A stretch of DNA of 64,000 nt, taken from NCBI GenBank assembly GCA_030603665.1, contig JAUVXJ010000003.1, positions 85,377 through 149,376 on the forward strand. The letters run 5' to 3'. This stretch comes from Chloroflexota bacterium (lineage in GTDB: Bacteria > Chloroflexota > Anaerolineae > UBA7937 > B3-Chlor). Of the stretch, positions 17,044-27,306 are shown piece after piece (positions within the stretch are counted from its first letter, which is position 1; every line of letters begins with the position of its first letter). The notes beneath the pieces are model-generated. The model was not told where the DNA came from, ran no database searches, and was given only the letters and a program-made list of their open reading frames with translations. Position numbers and translations under genes: made by a program.

Positions 17044-19020
17044 CTACTCCAGCGGAGCCATGGCCGCGACGGCGGGCAGGAAGAGCTGTTCATACAGCGT
17101 ATCACGCTCATCTGGCGTGGAGACGAGGTACACAAAGTAGGCCTTGTCGCCATCTTCTGCCAGCGCGAGATCGGCCGGATTCCCCCCCGGTCTTTCAAAC
17201 GAGTAGAAATCCCACGTGAAGTTGCCGACCTGCGCACTACTGACCGGGTCCGGCGGCGGATCCAATCCCAGTTGCCCCATTATGGCGGCAAACAGCTCGG
17301 CAGCCGCACCCGGACTCGCCTCCAGAACGAAGTAGGTCGGGTCAAGCGCAGAACTAGCGCGAGAGAGATTTGCTGGCGCAAGTTCCTCCCAGCCTACAGG
17401 GACGACGCCACTGAAGCCGCGCTCCTCGTCGGTGAAAGGTTCCAGCACCAACTCCGGCGCTTCGCCTGGCACATCGAAGACGACGCCGGGCATCTCCGCG
17501 ACGCACGCTGCGTCGGGCGCCTGGGTGGGGTCGTCGAAGAAGTCGCCGATGATGCTCCGGGCGCACTCAGTGGCACCAAGAACGTCATGGCCAACGCCGG
17601 GGAATTCGAAGAAGTAGCTGTTGCTCAGGTACCCGGCGACCAGTTGGCCATACTCCGGAGGTGTGACCGGGTCGAATTCGCCCTCCAATATCAAGGTAGG
17701 GATGTCGCTGACCAAGGGCTCCTTGACCCACGGGTCGGCCTCCTCGACCGGCCAGTTCTCACAGATGCCGAATATGCCGTATTCGATTTCGAACTCGGGG
17801 TCGACGCTGCTTGCCAGTTGCCTGGGCAATGCTGCTCTGACATTCAACAGATCCTCCGGCGTCCGGCCGATGAGGTCATCGGTGCAGAGCACGGACATCG
17901 TCATCCCCCGGGTCGTAAGGTCAAGGAGCAGCAGTCTGGTGCTGCTCAGTTGCGTCATGAGTTCATAGTCCCCATTGTACACATCGTAGATCGCCTGCGG
18001 CAGAACAGGGATGATCTGAGTAATGTAGAGGAAGGTCACCAGGTTGCCCAAGACCGCATCCCCGGTCAGTACGGCATCGTAGCTCTGGCCTTCTAGAGGG
18101 TTGGTGATGGTGATGGGAACAGGCTCCTCGTTCAGCTGGTCGATGGTATCGAAGAGCACGTCCTGGAGATCGGGGTACGCGCTGTTGCAGGCTTCGTCGG
18201 CCGCGCAGGCGTCAAGCATGCGCATGACGGCGTTGGCGGTGGTCGTCGATACAAAGATGCTCTTCTCCAGTGGCAGTACCGAGTTGATCGCCACGCTGCG
18301 TATGTCTTCCGGGTGGTCGCGCATGGTGGCCTGCGCCAGCAACGAGCCGTAAGACCCTCCGAACAGGTTGACCTGGTCGTAGCCCAGTGCGCTAGAGATG
18401 GCATTCACATCGGCGGCGTTCTCGATAGTATTGTAGGCCGACAGGTTGAATCCCTCACTCACCAGGCGATCACGGCAGGCCATCAGGGCGTCGAACACCG
18501 TTTCAACACCAACGTCAGGGTCTGGCTCATCGAGGATGTCATACATCGCCTCCAAGAACTCCGGGCACTCCAGCGCTGGTTCCGAGAGGCCCGTGCCGCG
18601 CTGATCGAAGATGATTAGGTCGCGATTAGGGTGAATGGGAGCAAGGACTTGCGCAAGGGCAAACGCGTTGTGCACGGTCTTCTCGCCGGGCCCGCCACTC
18701 AGCACAATCACCGGGTCGGGCTGGTGCTCATCGCTCTCGTCCTTAACTACGGCCACGGCCAGCTTGATCGTGGGCCCGTCAGGGTCAGTATGATCCTCGG
18801 GCACGATGACGAAGCCGCACTCGACCGGGGCACCTTCGGGGACGTCAAAGGGGCACGGGCCCTCCTCAAACGTGGCTACCGGTTCCGCGGTCGGCTGGAC
18901 GGTGGGAGTCGGCTCGACCGCTGGCGTCGCGGTCGGTTCGGGGGCACTCGTGGTGGCTCCGCCGCAGGCGGAAGCCAGCAACACGACGACTAGCAGGGCA
19001 AGTAGTACGTTTTTGATCTT
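17044..19020 (-). CDS. secreted alpha/beta-hydrolase, TAP-like tripeptidyl/prolyl aminopeptidase (S33), lipoprotein
   Basis: The LFGGSYGS nucleophile elbow, its length and the TAP-like C-terminal region support the call. N-terminus KIKNVLLALLVVVLLASACGG is a lipoprotein signal. The exact start codon is unclear (the ORF track starts at 18984 on GTG; the signal peptide extends upstream to ~19020). Confidence 0.7.
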   Translation of the reverse strand, partial: KIKNVLLALLVVVLLASACGGATTSAPEPTATPAVEPTPTVQPTAEPVATFEEGPCPFDVPEGAPVECGFVIVPEDHTDPDGPTIKLAVAVVKDESDEHQPDPVIVLSGGPGEKTVHNAFALAQVLAPIHPNRDLIIFDQRGTGLSEPALECPEFLEAMYDILDEPDPDVGVETVFDALMACRDRLVSEGFNLSAYNTIENAADVNAISSALGYDQVNLFGGSYGSLLAQATMRDHPEDIRSVAINSVLPLEKSIFVSTTTANAVMRMLDACAADEACNSAYPDLQDVLFDTIDQLNEEPVPITITNPLEGQSYDAVLTGDAVLGNLVTFLYITQIIPVLPQAIYDVYNGDYELMTQLSSTRLLLLDLTTRGMTMSVLCTDDLIGRTPEDLLNVRAALPRQLASSVDPEFEIEYGIFGICENWPVEEADPWVKEPLVSDIPTLILEGEFDPVTPPEYGQLVAGYLSNSYFFEFPGVGHDVLGATECARSIIGDFFDDPTQAPDAACVAEMPGVVFDVPGEAPELVLEPFTDEERGFSGVVPVGWEELAPANLSRASSALDPTYFVLEASPGAAAELFAAIMGQLGLDPPPDPVSSAQVGNFTWDFYSFERPGGNPADLALAEDGDKAYFVYLVSTPDERDTLYEQLFLPAVAAMAPLE

Positions 19021-19272
19021 TCTTCACTCCTCTTCAATGTTGAATTCCCACGCCCGTAGCACGTTGGGCCGCTAGCGGCTAGCAACCCGGTATCACATTC
19101 AAGACGGGATACCCGCACCACCACTGCGGATGAACCAAGTACATCACTATCGCCGCGACGACGATGCCACCCGCTAGCAGAACAGCGCCCGCGATGACAA
19201 GCGGCTTGGATGGTTCCTGCCTTTGTCCGGAGAAAGCAGATCCAAGGCATAGGCCCACTGCTACTTCTATCG

Positions 19273-19884
19273 CTACGCTGGCTGTATGGGATACTTGCGC
19301 ACGAAGCGGACCAACATCACGCCACCCCACAGCGTAATGACGCCCCCTACCACCGTGAGTGCCAGCGCGAAGGGCGCGTGGAGTAGATACCCACCAACGA
19401 AGGCGACTGCGGTCAGCATGGCGTATGCATACAGGCGACCAAGCCCGGACAGCCAGGCAGCTACACCCATCACGAATGCTCCAGTCACTCCAAGGACAAC
19501 CATGAGGTATTCCCGTAGCCCTTCCAGGAACCCTACCGGAACACTCCCTGTAGACCGACCCCACAGCATTACCATGCCGGCCAGCAGAGCCAGGACCAGC
19601 ATGAGGACGATGAAGACACCTGCCCTCATCATGCCAGCAAGATGCTCCTTGGGGACCTCGACGTCGGGCAGGCGCCGAGCTGTGATCAACTTCTTGGCGG
19701 ACATCCAAATGGGCACCCATACAACGACCCACAGCGCCGCCAACGGGAAATCCGAATCCACCAGCATGGTCAGGCCGGCGAGCACAATCCCCAAGCCAAC
19801 CAGAAGATCCAATACACCATCCTCCTGGTAGCGCATGTAAGCCCGCTGCTCGCGCTCTTTCGAACCGACATTCTGTGCCATCAT
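19273..19884 (-). CDS. hypothetical membrane protein (5-6 TM)
   Basis: 203-aa hydrophobic ORF. No family recognised. Confidence 0.45.
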   Translation of the reverse strand: MMAQNVGSKEREQRAYMRYQEDGVLDLLVGLGIVLAGLTMLVDSDFPLAALWVVVWVPIWMSAKKLITARRLPDVEVPKEHLAGMMRAGVFIVLMLVLALLAGMVMLWGRSTGSVPVGFLEGLREYLMVVLGVTGAFVMGVAAWLSGLGRLYAYAMLTAVAFVGGYLLHAPFALALTVVGGVITLWGGVMLVRFVRKYPIQPA

Positions 19885-20398
19885 GAACCCCCTTGCATGC
19901 TCGTCACGAGTCTCGTCTTGGCTGGATTATCTGATGGGTGACACGTAGCAGGAGCCCGACGCTTGCAGGTACTCGTGCTGGTGATCCAGATGGGGCTCCG
20001 AGGAGCGAAGTCTGTATACCTGCTTCACGATGCGGCCTGGGTTCTCCTCAACCTGCTCTCTCAGTGCCTTGACCCTGACTCCATACCCTTTCCACGTGAG
20101 TTCCATCCTTCTCTCTCCTTGGTGCTTCTATCTATACCCAGTATACATGAAGAATCCCCCAGATGCGTCGGCCATCCGGGGGATTCCTCTATTGGCCAGG
20201 TCGCTGGTCTTCTTCTTGGTCAGGTGACCAATACTCTCAGTCGAAGCACCCGGTCACCGGTGCGCAGGCGCGTCGTGGCGTTGCGACAGCCAACGACGGC
20301 GGGGATGCCCATCTCACGACCGACATCACAGGTATCCTCCTGCCTTCACTCTGCACCGTACTCTGCTACTCCTCTGATTCGCCGCTCTTCTCCTTCTG

Positions 20399-21595
20399 TC
20401 ATGTCAGGTTGCCGATGATCACCTTTGCCAGGCGCTGGATCCCCAGTTCGATCTTTTGCTCATCGCAGGCAGAGAAGTTGAGTCGCATCTTGTTCTCTCC
20501 ACCACCGTCGGCGTAGTAGCAGGAACCAGGCACGTAGGCGACTTTGGCCTGGACAGCTTGCTGAAAGAGATCCATGGCATCCATCCCCTCAGGCAGTGTC
20601 ACCCAGAGGAATATTCCTCCGTCTGGCTTGGTCCAAGTCACCTCGGAAGGAAAGTGCCTCTCCATGGCCTGAAGCATCCTGTCTCGCCTCTTGCGGTAGC
20701 TCTCGATGATGATCTGGATATGAGGGTCCAAGAGATCTCGCTCCAGGAATCCGTACATAATCCGCTGGGCAAGGTTGTCGGTATGGAGATCAGCTGCCTG
20801 CTTGGCGAAGACCAGCTTCTCCATCACGCCGTCAGGCGCGATGAGCGCACTCACGCGCAGGCCCGGGCTCAGGACCTTGGAGAAACTACCCAGGTAGATC
20901 ACCTGCCCTCCCTCATCGAGCTCCTTCAAAGCCGGCAGGACCTCGCCGCTGTAGCGAAGCTCACCATAGGCATCATCCTCAAGAATCGGCACTCCGTATT
21001 GCTGAGCCACCTTCAACAATTCCTTGCGGCGCTTCAGAGATAGGGTTACTCCGCTTGGATTCTGGAAGTTAGGAATCACGTAGATGAACTTGACGTCATT
21101 GTCCTCGAGGATCTCTGGCAGCAGATCAACTCTCATTCCCTCCCCGTCGACGGGCACGGTTAGATACCTGGCCTGGAAGAGACTGAACGCCTGCAACGCC
21201 GTCAGAAAGGTGGGATCCTCCACCAAGACGGCATTCCCCTTGTCGAGCAGAATCTTGCTCACCAAGTCAATGCCCTGCTGGGAACCCGATGTGATTAGTA
21301 CGTTTTCGTCGGTTATGTCGAATCCCCTCTTCACATATCTTTCAGCGACAGCCATCCGGAGTGGCCCGTAGCCCTCTGACGTTCCATACTGCAGGATCGC
21401 CGCTCCATCGCTATCGAGGGTATGATCCACGACCTCCTTCACCTTCTCGACAGGGAAGAGCTCCCAGGCCGGAAGCCCGCCTCCAAAGGAGATTACTTCA
21501 GGGTCGGCGATCAGATGCATCAGCTGGCGGGTCATGGAGCCGTACATATGACTTACCCGCTCGCAGTACTTGGCCTCCCAGTCAAAGGTCATCAT
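20399..21595 (-). CDS. PLP-dependent aminotransferase class I/II (2-aminoadipate/aromatic aminotransferase-like)
   Basis: 398 aa. The PLP-lysine motif SFSKVLSPGLR is present and the fold-type I pattern runs throughout. Confidence 0.8.
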   Translation of the reverse strand: MMTFDWEAKYCERVSHMYGSMTRQLMHLIADPEVISFGGGLPAWELFPVEKVKEVVDHTLDSDGAAILQYGTSEGYGPLRMAVAERYVKRGFDITDENVLITSGSQQGIDLVSKILLDKGNAVLVEDPTFLTALQAFSLFQARYLTVPVDGEGMRVDLLPEILEDNDVKFIYVIPNFQNPSGVTLSLKRRKELLKVAQQYGVPILEDDAYGELRYSGEVLPALKELDEGGQVIYLGSFSKVLSPGLRVSALIAPDGVMEKLVFAKQAADLHTDNLAQRIMYGFLERDLLDPHIQIIIESYRKRRDRMLQAMERHFPSEVTWTKPDGGIFLWVTLPEGMDAMDLFQQAVQAKVAYVPGSCYYADGGGENKMRLNFSACDEQKIELGIQRLAKVIIGNLT

Positions 21596-21613
21596 CTGTC
21601 CTCCAGTTGCAGC

Positions 21614-22261
21614 CTAGTTGTTCTGATTCACGTTCTTGACAGCCAGGGCATATTCTCTGCCCCTATCCAGGGAAACGAGATTTGCCTCCAGGAAACGAGG
21701 CCGCGTAGTGGCTCTCATCGCACTCTCTACAGAATTGTAGCTGAGGGGGAAGACGTCGAAGCCACACATAGCACCGAGCAGCAACACGTTCGTCGTGGTC
21801 GCGCCTCCGGCCTCTTCAGCCATCGCTCGAGCATCCATTGCCAACAGCTCCCCTGCTCCCAGTTTCCGCAACTGCCGTTCGATGGTCTCAATGCGCAGAT
21901 CTGGCTGCTTCCCCAGCTGGGTCTCCAAAGGAACGCTGACATGGGTATTAAGGACCACTCCGGCCCGTGGAGCCAAGTAGTCAGCGCCCCTACGCAAGGC
22001 CTCAATCGGCTCGAGACCCAAGAGGAGATGACAGCACCCCTTAGGTATGAGGGGTCCATACACCTGTCGTCCGATCCGCACCTGACTGTACACCGGACCA
22101 CCACGCTGAGTCACACCATATGTTTCAGCGATACGAACGGAGAAACCCTCCTCTATCGCAGCCCGCGCAACAACCTGCGAGGCGAATATGGTCCCCTGTC
22201 CACCAACACCGGCGATGATCAGATTGAAAGGGCCTTGCTTTGCTTTCGTTTCTCGTGTCAT
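21614..22261 (-). CDS. iorB: indolepyruvate ferredoxin oxidoreductase subunit beta
   Basis: NLIIAGVGGQGTIFAS N-terminal motif. Start chosen at MTRETKAK, which gives a 4-nt ATGA overlap with iorA; the ORF-track start is 45 nt further upstream. Confidence 0.8.
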   Translation of the reverse strand: MTRETKAKQGPFNLIIAGVGGQGTIFASQVVARAAIEEGFSVRIAETYGVTQRGGPVYSQVRIGRQVYGPLIPKGCCHLLLGLEPIEALRRGADYLAPRAGVVLNTHVSVPLETQLGKQPDLRIETIERQLRKLGAGELLAMDARAMAEEAGGATTTNVLLLGAMCGFDVFPLSYNSVESAMRATTRPRFLEANLVSLDRGREYALAVKNVNQNN

Positions 22262-24177
22262 TCTTCTGGCTCCAGACGCTCCAGGTATATCGCCCCCTGT
22301 GGACACACGATCTTACAGGACGCGCAGCCATTGCACAGGACCGGGTCAATAGCCATCTTGCCCTCGCCATCTTCAGCGGCGACGAAAGCCGGGCATCCAT
22401 ACTCCTCCACGCAGGCGAGGCAGCCGTCGCATTTGGCCGCGTCCACCTTGGCGACTACGGTCCTTTCTCTCCACCTCTCGCCGGGTTCCAAGGCGCAGGC
22501 CTGTCGCGAAACAATCATGGCGGGGACATCCAGAACCAGCGCCTCTTCGAGTTCCCTGATCAGGCGCTTGATCTGCAGCGAGCGGACGACCCTCACATGG
22601 GGAATCTGGAAGGCCCGGGCTATGTCCTCAATGGGTATCACCGTCCGCTCGTCGGTCAGCTGCCACGTGCCGGGGTGAGGTTGCTGACCGGTAGAGGCGG
22701 TGACCGAGTTGTCCATCGCTATGATCAAGACCGGCCTCTGCTGCTGGGCTATTTGCAGCAGTCCAGGCATCCCGGCGTGATAGAAGGTGGAATCTCCGAT
22801 GACGGCTATCACTTTTCGGCTGGGGTTGAGCTGGGCCAGGGCGTCGGATGTGCCCATGCTTGCGCCCATAGAAGTCATGGTCTGCAGGATGCTGAAGGGC
22901 GGGTAGAACCCCAGGGTGTAGCACCCGATATCCCCCACGACGATAGGGTCTTTGATGCCTGCGTTCTGCAAGGCCTTGGTCAGAGCGTAGTATGTAGCCC
23001 GATGGGAACACCCAGCACAGAACCCTATCTGGCGGCGGGGTATCAGCTTCTGGATCGCTGTCGACTGTTCCGCCCTACCCTTCGAAAGGAGAACATCGCT
23101 GGGAAGCGCTCTATCGGGAGATTCTTGCCGGACCACGTCGGCCAGAGCCGAGACAACATCGTCCAGGATCGTCTCACCGACCTCCGGCAAAGCGCCGGAC
23201 TTCCGACCGTGTATCTGGATGGGGCGGTGTATGCCTTGGGCCTCCGCCTTGATCCCCTCCTCCAAGAAGGGGGTAACGTCTTCCACAACCAGGACCTGGC
23301 TCACATGGTTTAGCAGTCGGTGAATGATCCTGTTCGGTAGCGGGTTCACCGTGCCGATCTTCAATAGGGCCACCTCGCCCCTCAGCCCCAGTCTGTCAAC
23401 GGCTTCCTGAGCATAGTTGAAGGCAAAGCCGGCTCCGACCACACCGATCTTCTCGCTCCCCATCCCTTGGTAAACATCAAACTCATAACGTTCGAATACC
23501 TCCCCAGCTTGGCGCAACTTCTCTCTTAGCCTTCGCTCGGGTTCCAGGCACGGAAAGGGCGTCCACTGTCGCGTGCCGTCGAAATTTGGCTCTCGCCGGT
23601 TTCGGTCGAACTCGCCCAATTCGAGATCGCCCGTCATATGTCCCAATCTTGTGACGGAGCGTAGGATGACCGGCGTGCGCAGCTCCTCCGAAATCTCGAA
23701 AGCACGCTTGGCCATCTCGCGCGCCTCGTTCAAATCAGCGGGTTCGATGGCGGGCAGTCCAGCAAACTTGGCGTACCAGCGGTTGTCCTGTTCGTTGTTG
23801 GAGCTCAGGCCGCTGGGATCGTCCACCGAAACGATCACAAACCCACCGGCGATGTCTATGAGTTTCAGTTGCTGCAGCGAGTCAGCAGCCACGTTGAGTC
23901 CTACGTGCTTCATGATCACCATGGAACGGACCCCCGAGAACGATGCACCCGTCGCCGCATCGAAGGCCACCTTCTCATTGACCGACCAATGGGCGACGAA
24001 GTCCAGGTGGGGAGCAGCTTCGATCAGCGTCTCCATGATCTCTGTGGAGGGCGTCCCCGGATAGCCGGTCACGAACTGCACACCCGCCTCTATCGCCCCT
24101 CTGGCGATGGCCTCGTTGCCCAAGAGCAGCACACGAGTTCCAGGAGCATCCGACAGCAGCACTTCTTTCCTCATCAA
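22258..24177 (-). CDS. iorA: indolepyruvate ferredoxin oxidoreductase subunit alpha (TPP- and 4Fe-4S-binding)
   Basis: 639 aa. TPP-binding region, C-terminal CDGCLACVEEYGCPA and CNGCASCKIVCP clusters, and an IorA-type N-terminus GNEAIARGAIEAGVQFVTGYPGTPSTEI. Confidence 0.85.
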   Translation of the reverse strand: MMRKEVLLSDAPGTRVLLLGNEAIARGAIEAGVQFVTGYPGTPSTEIMETLIEAAPHLDFVAHWSVNEKVAFDAATGASFSGVRSMVIMKHVGLNVAADSLQQLKLIDIAGGFVIVSVDDPSGLSSNNEQDNRWYAKFAGLPAIEPADLNEAREMAKRAFEISEELRTPVILRSVTRLGHMTGDLELGEFDRNRREPNFDGTRQWTPFPCLEPERRLREKLRQAGEVFERYEFDVYQGMGSEKIGVVGAGFAFNYAQEAVDRLGLRGEVALLKIGTVNPLPNRIIHRLLNHVSQVLVVEDVTPFLEEGIKAEAQGIHRPIQIHGRKSGALPEVGETILDDVVSALADVVRQESPDRALPSDVLLSKGRAEQSTAIQKLIPRRQIGFCAGCSHRATYYALTKALQNAGIKDPIVVGDIGCYTLGFYPPFSILQTMTSMGASMGTSDALAQLNPSRKVIAVIGDSTFYHAGMPGLLQIAQQQRPVLIIAMDNSVTASTGQQPHPGTWQLTDERTVIPIEDIARAFQIPHVRVVRSLQIKRLIRELEEALVLDVPAMIVSRQACALEPGERWRERTVVAKVDAAKCDGCLACVEEYGCPAFVAAEDGEGKMAIDPVLCNGCASCKIVCPQGAIYLERLEPEE

Positions 24178-24364
24178 CGCCTCCCAAGATACACTAGTAC
24201 GGAGAAGCAGAAACCAGCATCCGTCCCAGGGCAGCGCTCAAAGATCAGCCTAGACGCACCTGCGAAAGGAATGATGCGAGCTATGCTTGCCAAACCATCA
24301 CCCAGAGTATCTTCCCTGTATCTTTGTGTTTATCTGCACACTGTACCGTGGCTTCCCAGACGCT

Positions 24365-24440
24365 GCCACAGATATCGCTCAAGCCATCAAGGCCAGCACC
24401 TGGAAAACCGGGTGCATTCGGTGAGAGTCAATCAGGCACA
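24365..24440 (-). repeat. fragment homologous to the 3' end of the MFS transporter gene (26170-26245)
   Basis: ccacagatatcgctcaagccatcaaggccagcacctggaaaaccgggtgcattcggtgagagtcaatcagg is ~80% identical to ccacagagatcgcgcaagccagcaacgccagcgtctggaaaacccgatccatcccctgaaagtcaatcaaacg. Confidence 0.4.
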
Positions 24441-24889
24441 GCACATGGAGGGTCCAAAGTCGCCCTGCATCATATTGAGGACAAAACGTCCGTACTGAAT
24501 CAGCAGAGGCTGATGGAGACCGAGCGAGTGGCTCACCTGAGCCCTCACCTCCTGGCCGGAGTGCAGGGGCCAATGAGGGCCAACAGGGCTCTGCAGCCGC
24601 ACGAGCAGAAAGATCACGAAGGTCACCGTCAGCACTGAAAAGGGGCCCTGCAACGATCGCCTCACTACATATAGGCATGGATTGGTAGCGTCTGCAGCCG
24701 GGATGCCCTCGACGTCGCTGCCCGCGTGCAGGCAGACCACCGGCCTGACTCCTACGTGCCGGACGACTTCTACAATGCATGCCAGGTCAAGCTCATCGCA
24801 GTACCGCGGCTGAAGACGGCAATGAGCGGGTAGTCCTGGGCCCTCGGACCGATCAAGAGTGCGCGTTTTTCGCGGCAGGACCGCCAGCC

Positions 24890-25303
24890 CTAATCACTGC
24901 CATGAAAGATCCGCGCAATCTCCGGGTTCAGGAATCGCTCGATCTCAATGGCATATCCGCCTGGGTCTTGGCACTTGAAGGCTTGAACCTGAATCCGTTC
25001 TGATTGGCTTAGCTCGGTTAGAATCTTGACTCCTTTGCTGGTCAGGTACTCGTACCACCAGGGCACATCGTCTACGATGAGCCCAAAGAGGACCGCGTTC
25101 TTTTCTTGAGCGTCGTAGAACCCTTCCTTCTCGTCGACGATTGCCAGGTATGCGTTCCCATTGACGCGATAGACCTTTGCCCAGCCGTAGTCCTGAACCA
25201 GCTCGAGTCCGATAATGTTCTCGTAGAACGCTGAAATGGGGGCAAGGTCACGATAGTACAGAAAGGTGATCTGAGATTTCACTTGCTGCTTGTTCTGACT
25301 CAT
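24890..25303 (-). CDS. VOC-family (glyoxalase/bleomycin-resistance fold) protein, paralog 1
   Basis: Start chosen at MSQNKQQVKSQITFLYYRDLAPISAFYENIIGLELVQDYGWAKVYRV...; the ORF-track N-terminal extension looks spurious. It is ~80% identical to the paralog at 29125-29538. Confidence 0.6.
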   Translation of the reverse strand: MSQNKQQVKSQITFLYYRDLAPISAFYENIIGLELVQDYGWAKVYRVNGNAYLAIVDEKEGFYDAQEKNAVLFGLIVDDVPWWYEYLTSKGVKILTELSQSERIQVQAFKCQDPGGYAIEIERFLNPEIARIFHGSD

Positions 25304-25548
25304 ATCGACTCCTTTGCTCGCAACTTGGCTTCTCGCTCGGCGTGCCCATGACAGGGTGCCGCGGGTCGCCAGGGGGAAGAGACCCGCCAGAATCGTCAGC
25401 ATCCACCGCCTCCATAACTGGGAAGCTGTTAGACGACGCTGGCCATACCAACAAGACTTCACTGATTGCCTCAGCGCCCCTGACGCTGCCATGCTGGCAA
25501 TGTGCTATAGGCCTACCTCCTTTCTCTCGACTATCCCAGCCGTCGTGA

Positions 25549-26043
25549 TCACGTTGGCGGCTGGATCGGGACAGACGACGGGGTAACGCCTTCGACAACC
25601 AACACCTCGTTCACACGGCTGCACACGCGGCGGATAATCGCGCTCGGTAGGGGATTCACGCTGGACTTCCTCGAGAGGGCCACCTCGCCCCGCAGCCCAA
25701 GTATGTCAACCGCTTCCTGAGCATGGCTGAAGGCAAAATGGGCCGCGACAACACCGATCTTCTGCCTTCCATCCCCGTGGTGCTCAATAGGCTGACAGCT
25801 CTCCAAGACCTCGCCGGCCCGGCGCGATTCCCCTCTGAGTCTCTGTTCAGGTCCCAGACACGGCAAAGGCGTCCACAGACGCGAGCTTGCAGAGTAGGAC
25901 TCTTGCCCTTGCGGCCCAGTCTTGCCCAGCTCCATCTCACCCACCACGTGTCCCAGGCGAGTGACCGAGCGCGGGATAACCGGCATGCGTGGCTCCTCCG
26001 GAATCTCGAAAGCACGTTTGGCCATTGAACGCGCCTCGTTCAA
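25549..26043 (-). pseudogene. internal fragment of an iorA paralog (degraded)
   Basis: NEARSMAKRAFEIPEEPRMPVIPRSVTRLGHVVGEMELG...KIGVVAAHFAFSHAQEAVDILGLRGEVAL aligns to IorA residues ~150-320 (NEAREMAKRAFEISEELRTPVILRSVTRLGHMTGDLELG...). Confidence 0.6.
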
Positions 26044-26118
26044 TTCGAAGACCTGCTCTGTTCCATGCTCGAAACTACTGAAAGGGCCTCTGATCGGTGG
26101 TCCGCCTCCTCGAGGCTC

Positions 26119-27306
26119 TTATCGCACGCCGCTGCTTGGCTTCCCGGCAAGTCGCAGTTTGACAAGCGCTCCCACAGAGATCGCGCAAGCCAGCAACGCC
26201 AGCGTCTGGAAAACCCGATCCATCCCCTGAAAGTCAATCAAACGTCCCACCAGAGGTGTCATCACGCTAGAAGTCCCTTGGCTGAAGGAGTAGTACATTG
26301 CCAGGGCCATAGCCAGGTGCGGCCCCGGGACATGGTCAGCCATCAGGGACTCAGTTACCGGCATAAGAAAGCTCACGGTGACTCCAAGACCAGCCAAGAT
26401 GGCCAAGAGCCAGAGCCCCATGGGAGTGACCGTCAGGAGATAGAGCAATGGACCCGCTGAGATCGAGGAGTAAAGGATCACCCTCTCACGTCCGATCCTG
26501 TCCGACAATGCTCCGCCCAACGGTGAACCCACGATGCCGACGCCGAGCATAATCCCAGTCAGGATACCAGCCCACTGGAAGGAAACGCCATGTTTGTCCG
26601 TCAAGTATAGCGGGAGGAATGACCCTATGCTGAACAAGACAAGTATCAGAACCGTGGTCACGACAAGCAGGACGCCGATATTGCGCACAATGCCCCTCCA
26701 GCCCAACCCTCCGTGACCGAAGTCAAGAGCTGTCTTCTGCTCTACCACTCCTTCTGCGGGCACGGTGGCCCATAACAGACCACCCGCCAATAGAGCTGGA
26801 AGAGCCAGCACCATGAAAGGGGACCGCCAGCTACCACTCAGACTGGCGATGAGCACGGCTAGAAAGGGAGCGATCAGGTGACTGAGATTGCCCCCCACAA
26901 GATGCAGTCCTATCATCTGACCGCGGCTCTCCTTGGAGAACGATCGCGATATGTAGGACGAGGACAGGGCGCCGTAGCTGGAACCGAAAAGGCCCATCAG
27001 CACACGCGAGGCTAGGAGTTGGTTGTAGTCCCCGGCGAACCCGCCGGCGATCGCTGCCATAGACATCCCCATCAGACCCACGATCATAACCCTTCTCTGG
27101 CCGATCCTCTCCGAGAGGGCGACAATTGGTAGCTGTGCAAAGGCATATACTAGACCGAAAGCAGAGGTCAGCAACCCAATTTGGAAGTAGCTAAGCGCAA
27201 AATCCTGTCGCACGAGCGGCAACAAGGGCACCAAGATCCCAGAGCATAGGTGATGGCTGAAACGGGCGAAGACAAACTGCGGCAGCACACCATAGCGACT
27301 ACTCAA
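26119..27306 (-). CDS. MFS transporter
   Basis: 395 aa with 12 predicted TM helices and the MFS loop motif GQRRVMIVG. Confidence 0.75.
   Translation of the reverse strand: MSSRYGVLPQFVFARFSHHLCSGILVPLLPLVRQDFALSYFQIGLLTSAFGLVYAFAQLPIVALSERIGQRRVMIVGLMGMSMAAIAGGFAGDYNQLLASRVLMGLFGSSYGALSSSYISRSFSKESRGQMIGLHLVGGNLSHLIAPFLAVLIASLSGSWRSPFMVLALPALLAGGLLWATVPAEGVVEQKTALDFGHGGLGWRGIVRNIGVLLVVTTVLILVLFSIGSFLPLYLTDKHGVSFQWAGILTGIMLGVGIVGSPLGGALSDRIGRERVILYSSISAGPLLYLLTVTPMGLWLLAILAGLGVTVSFLMPVTESLMADHVPGPHLAMALAMYYSFSQGTSSVMTPLVGRLIDFQGMDRVFQTLALLACAISVGALVKLRLAGKPSSGVR

Noticed and set aside
19079-19732. 217-aa minus-strand ORF
   Set aside because: It overlaps the 19273-19884 membrane-protein gene in another frame. 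Only its last ~60 codons (a hydrophobic tail) could be coding, with no support.
22125-23313. Plus-strand ORFs of 91-357 aa opposite iorA/iorB
   Set aside because: Antisense to strongly supported IOR genes, with no domains or SDs.
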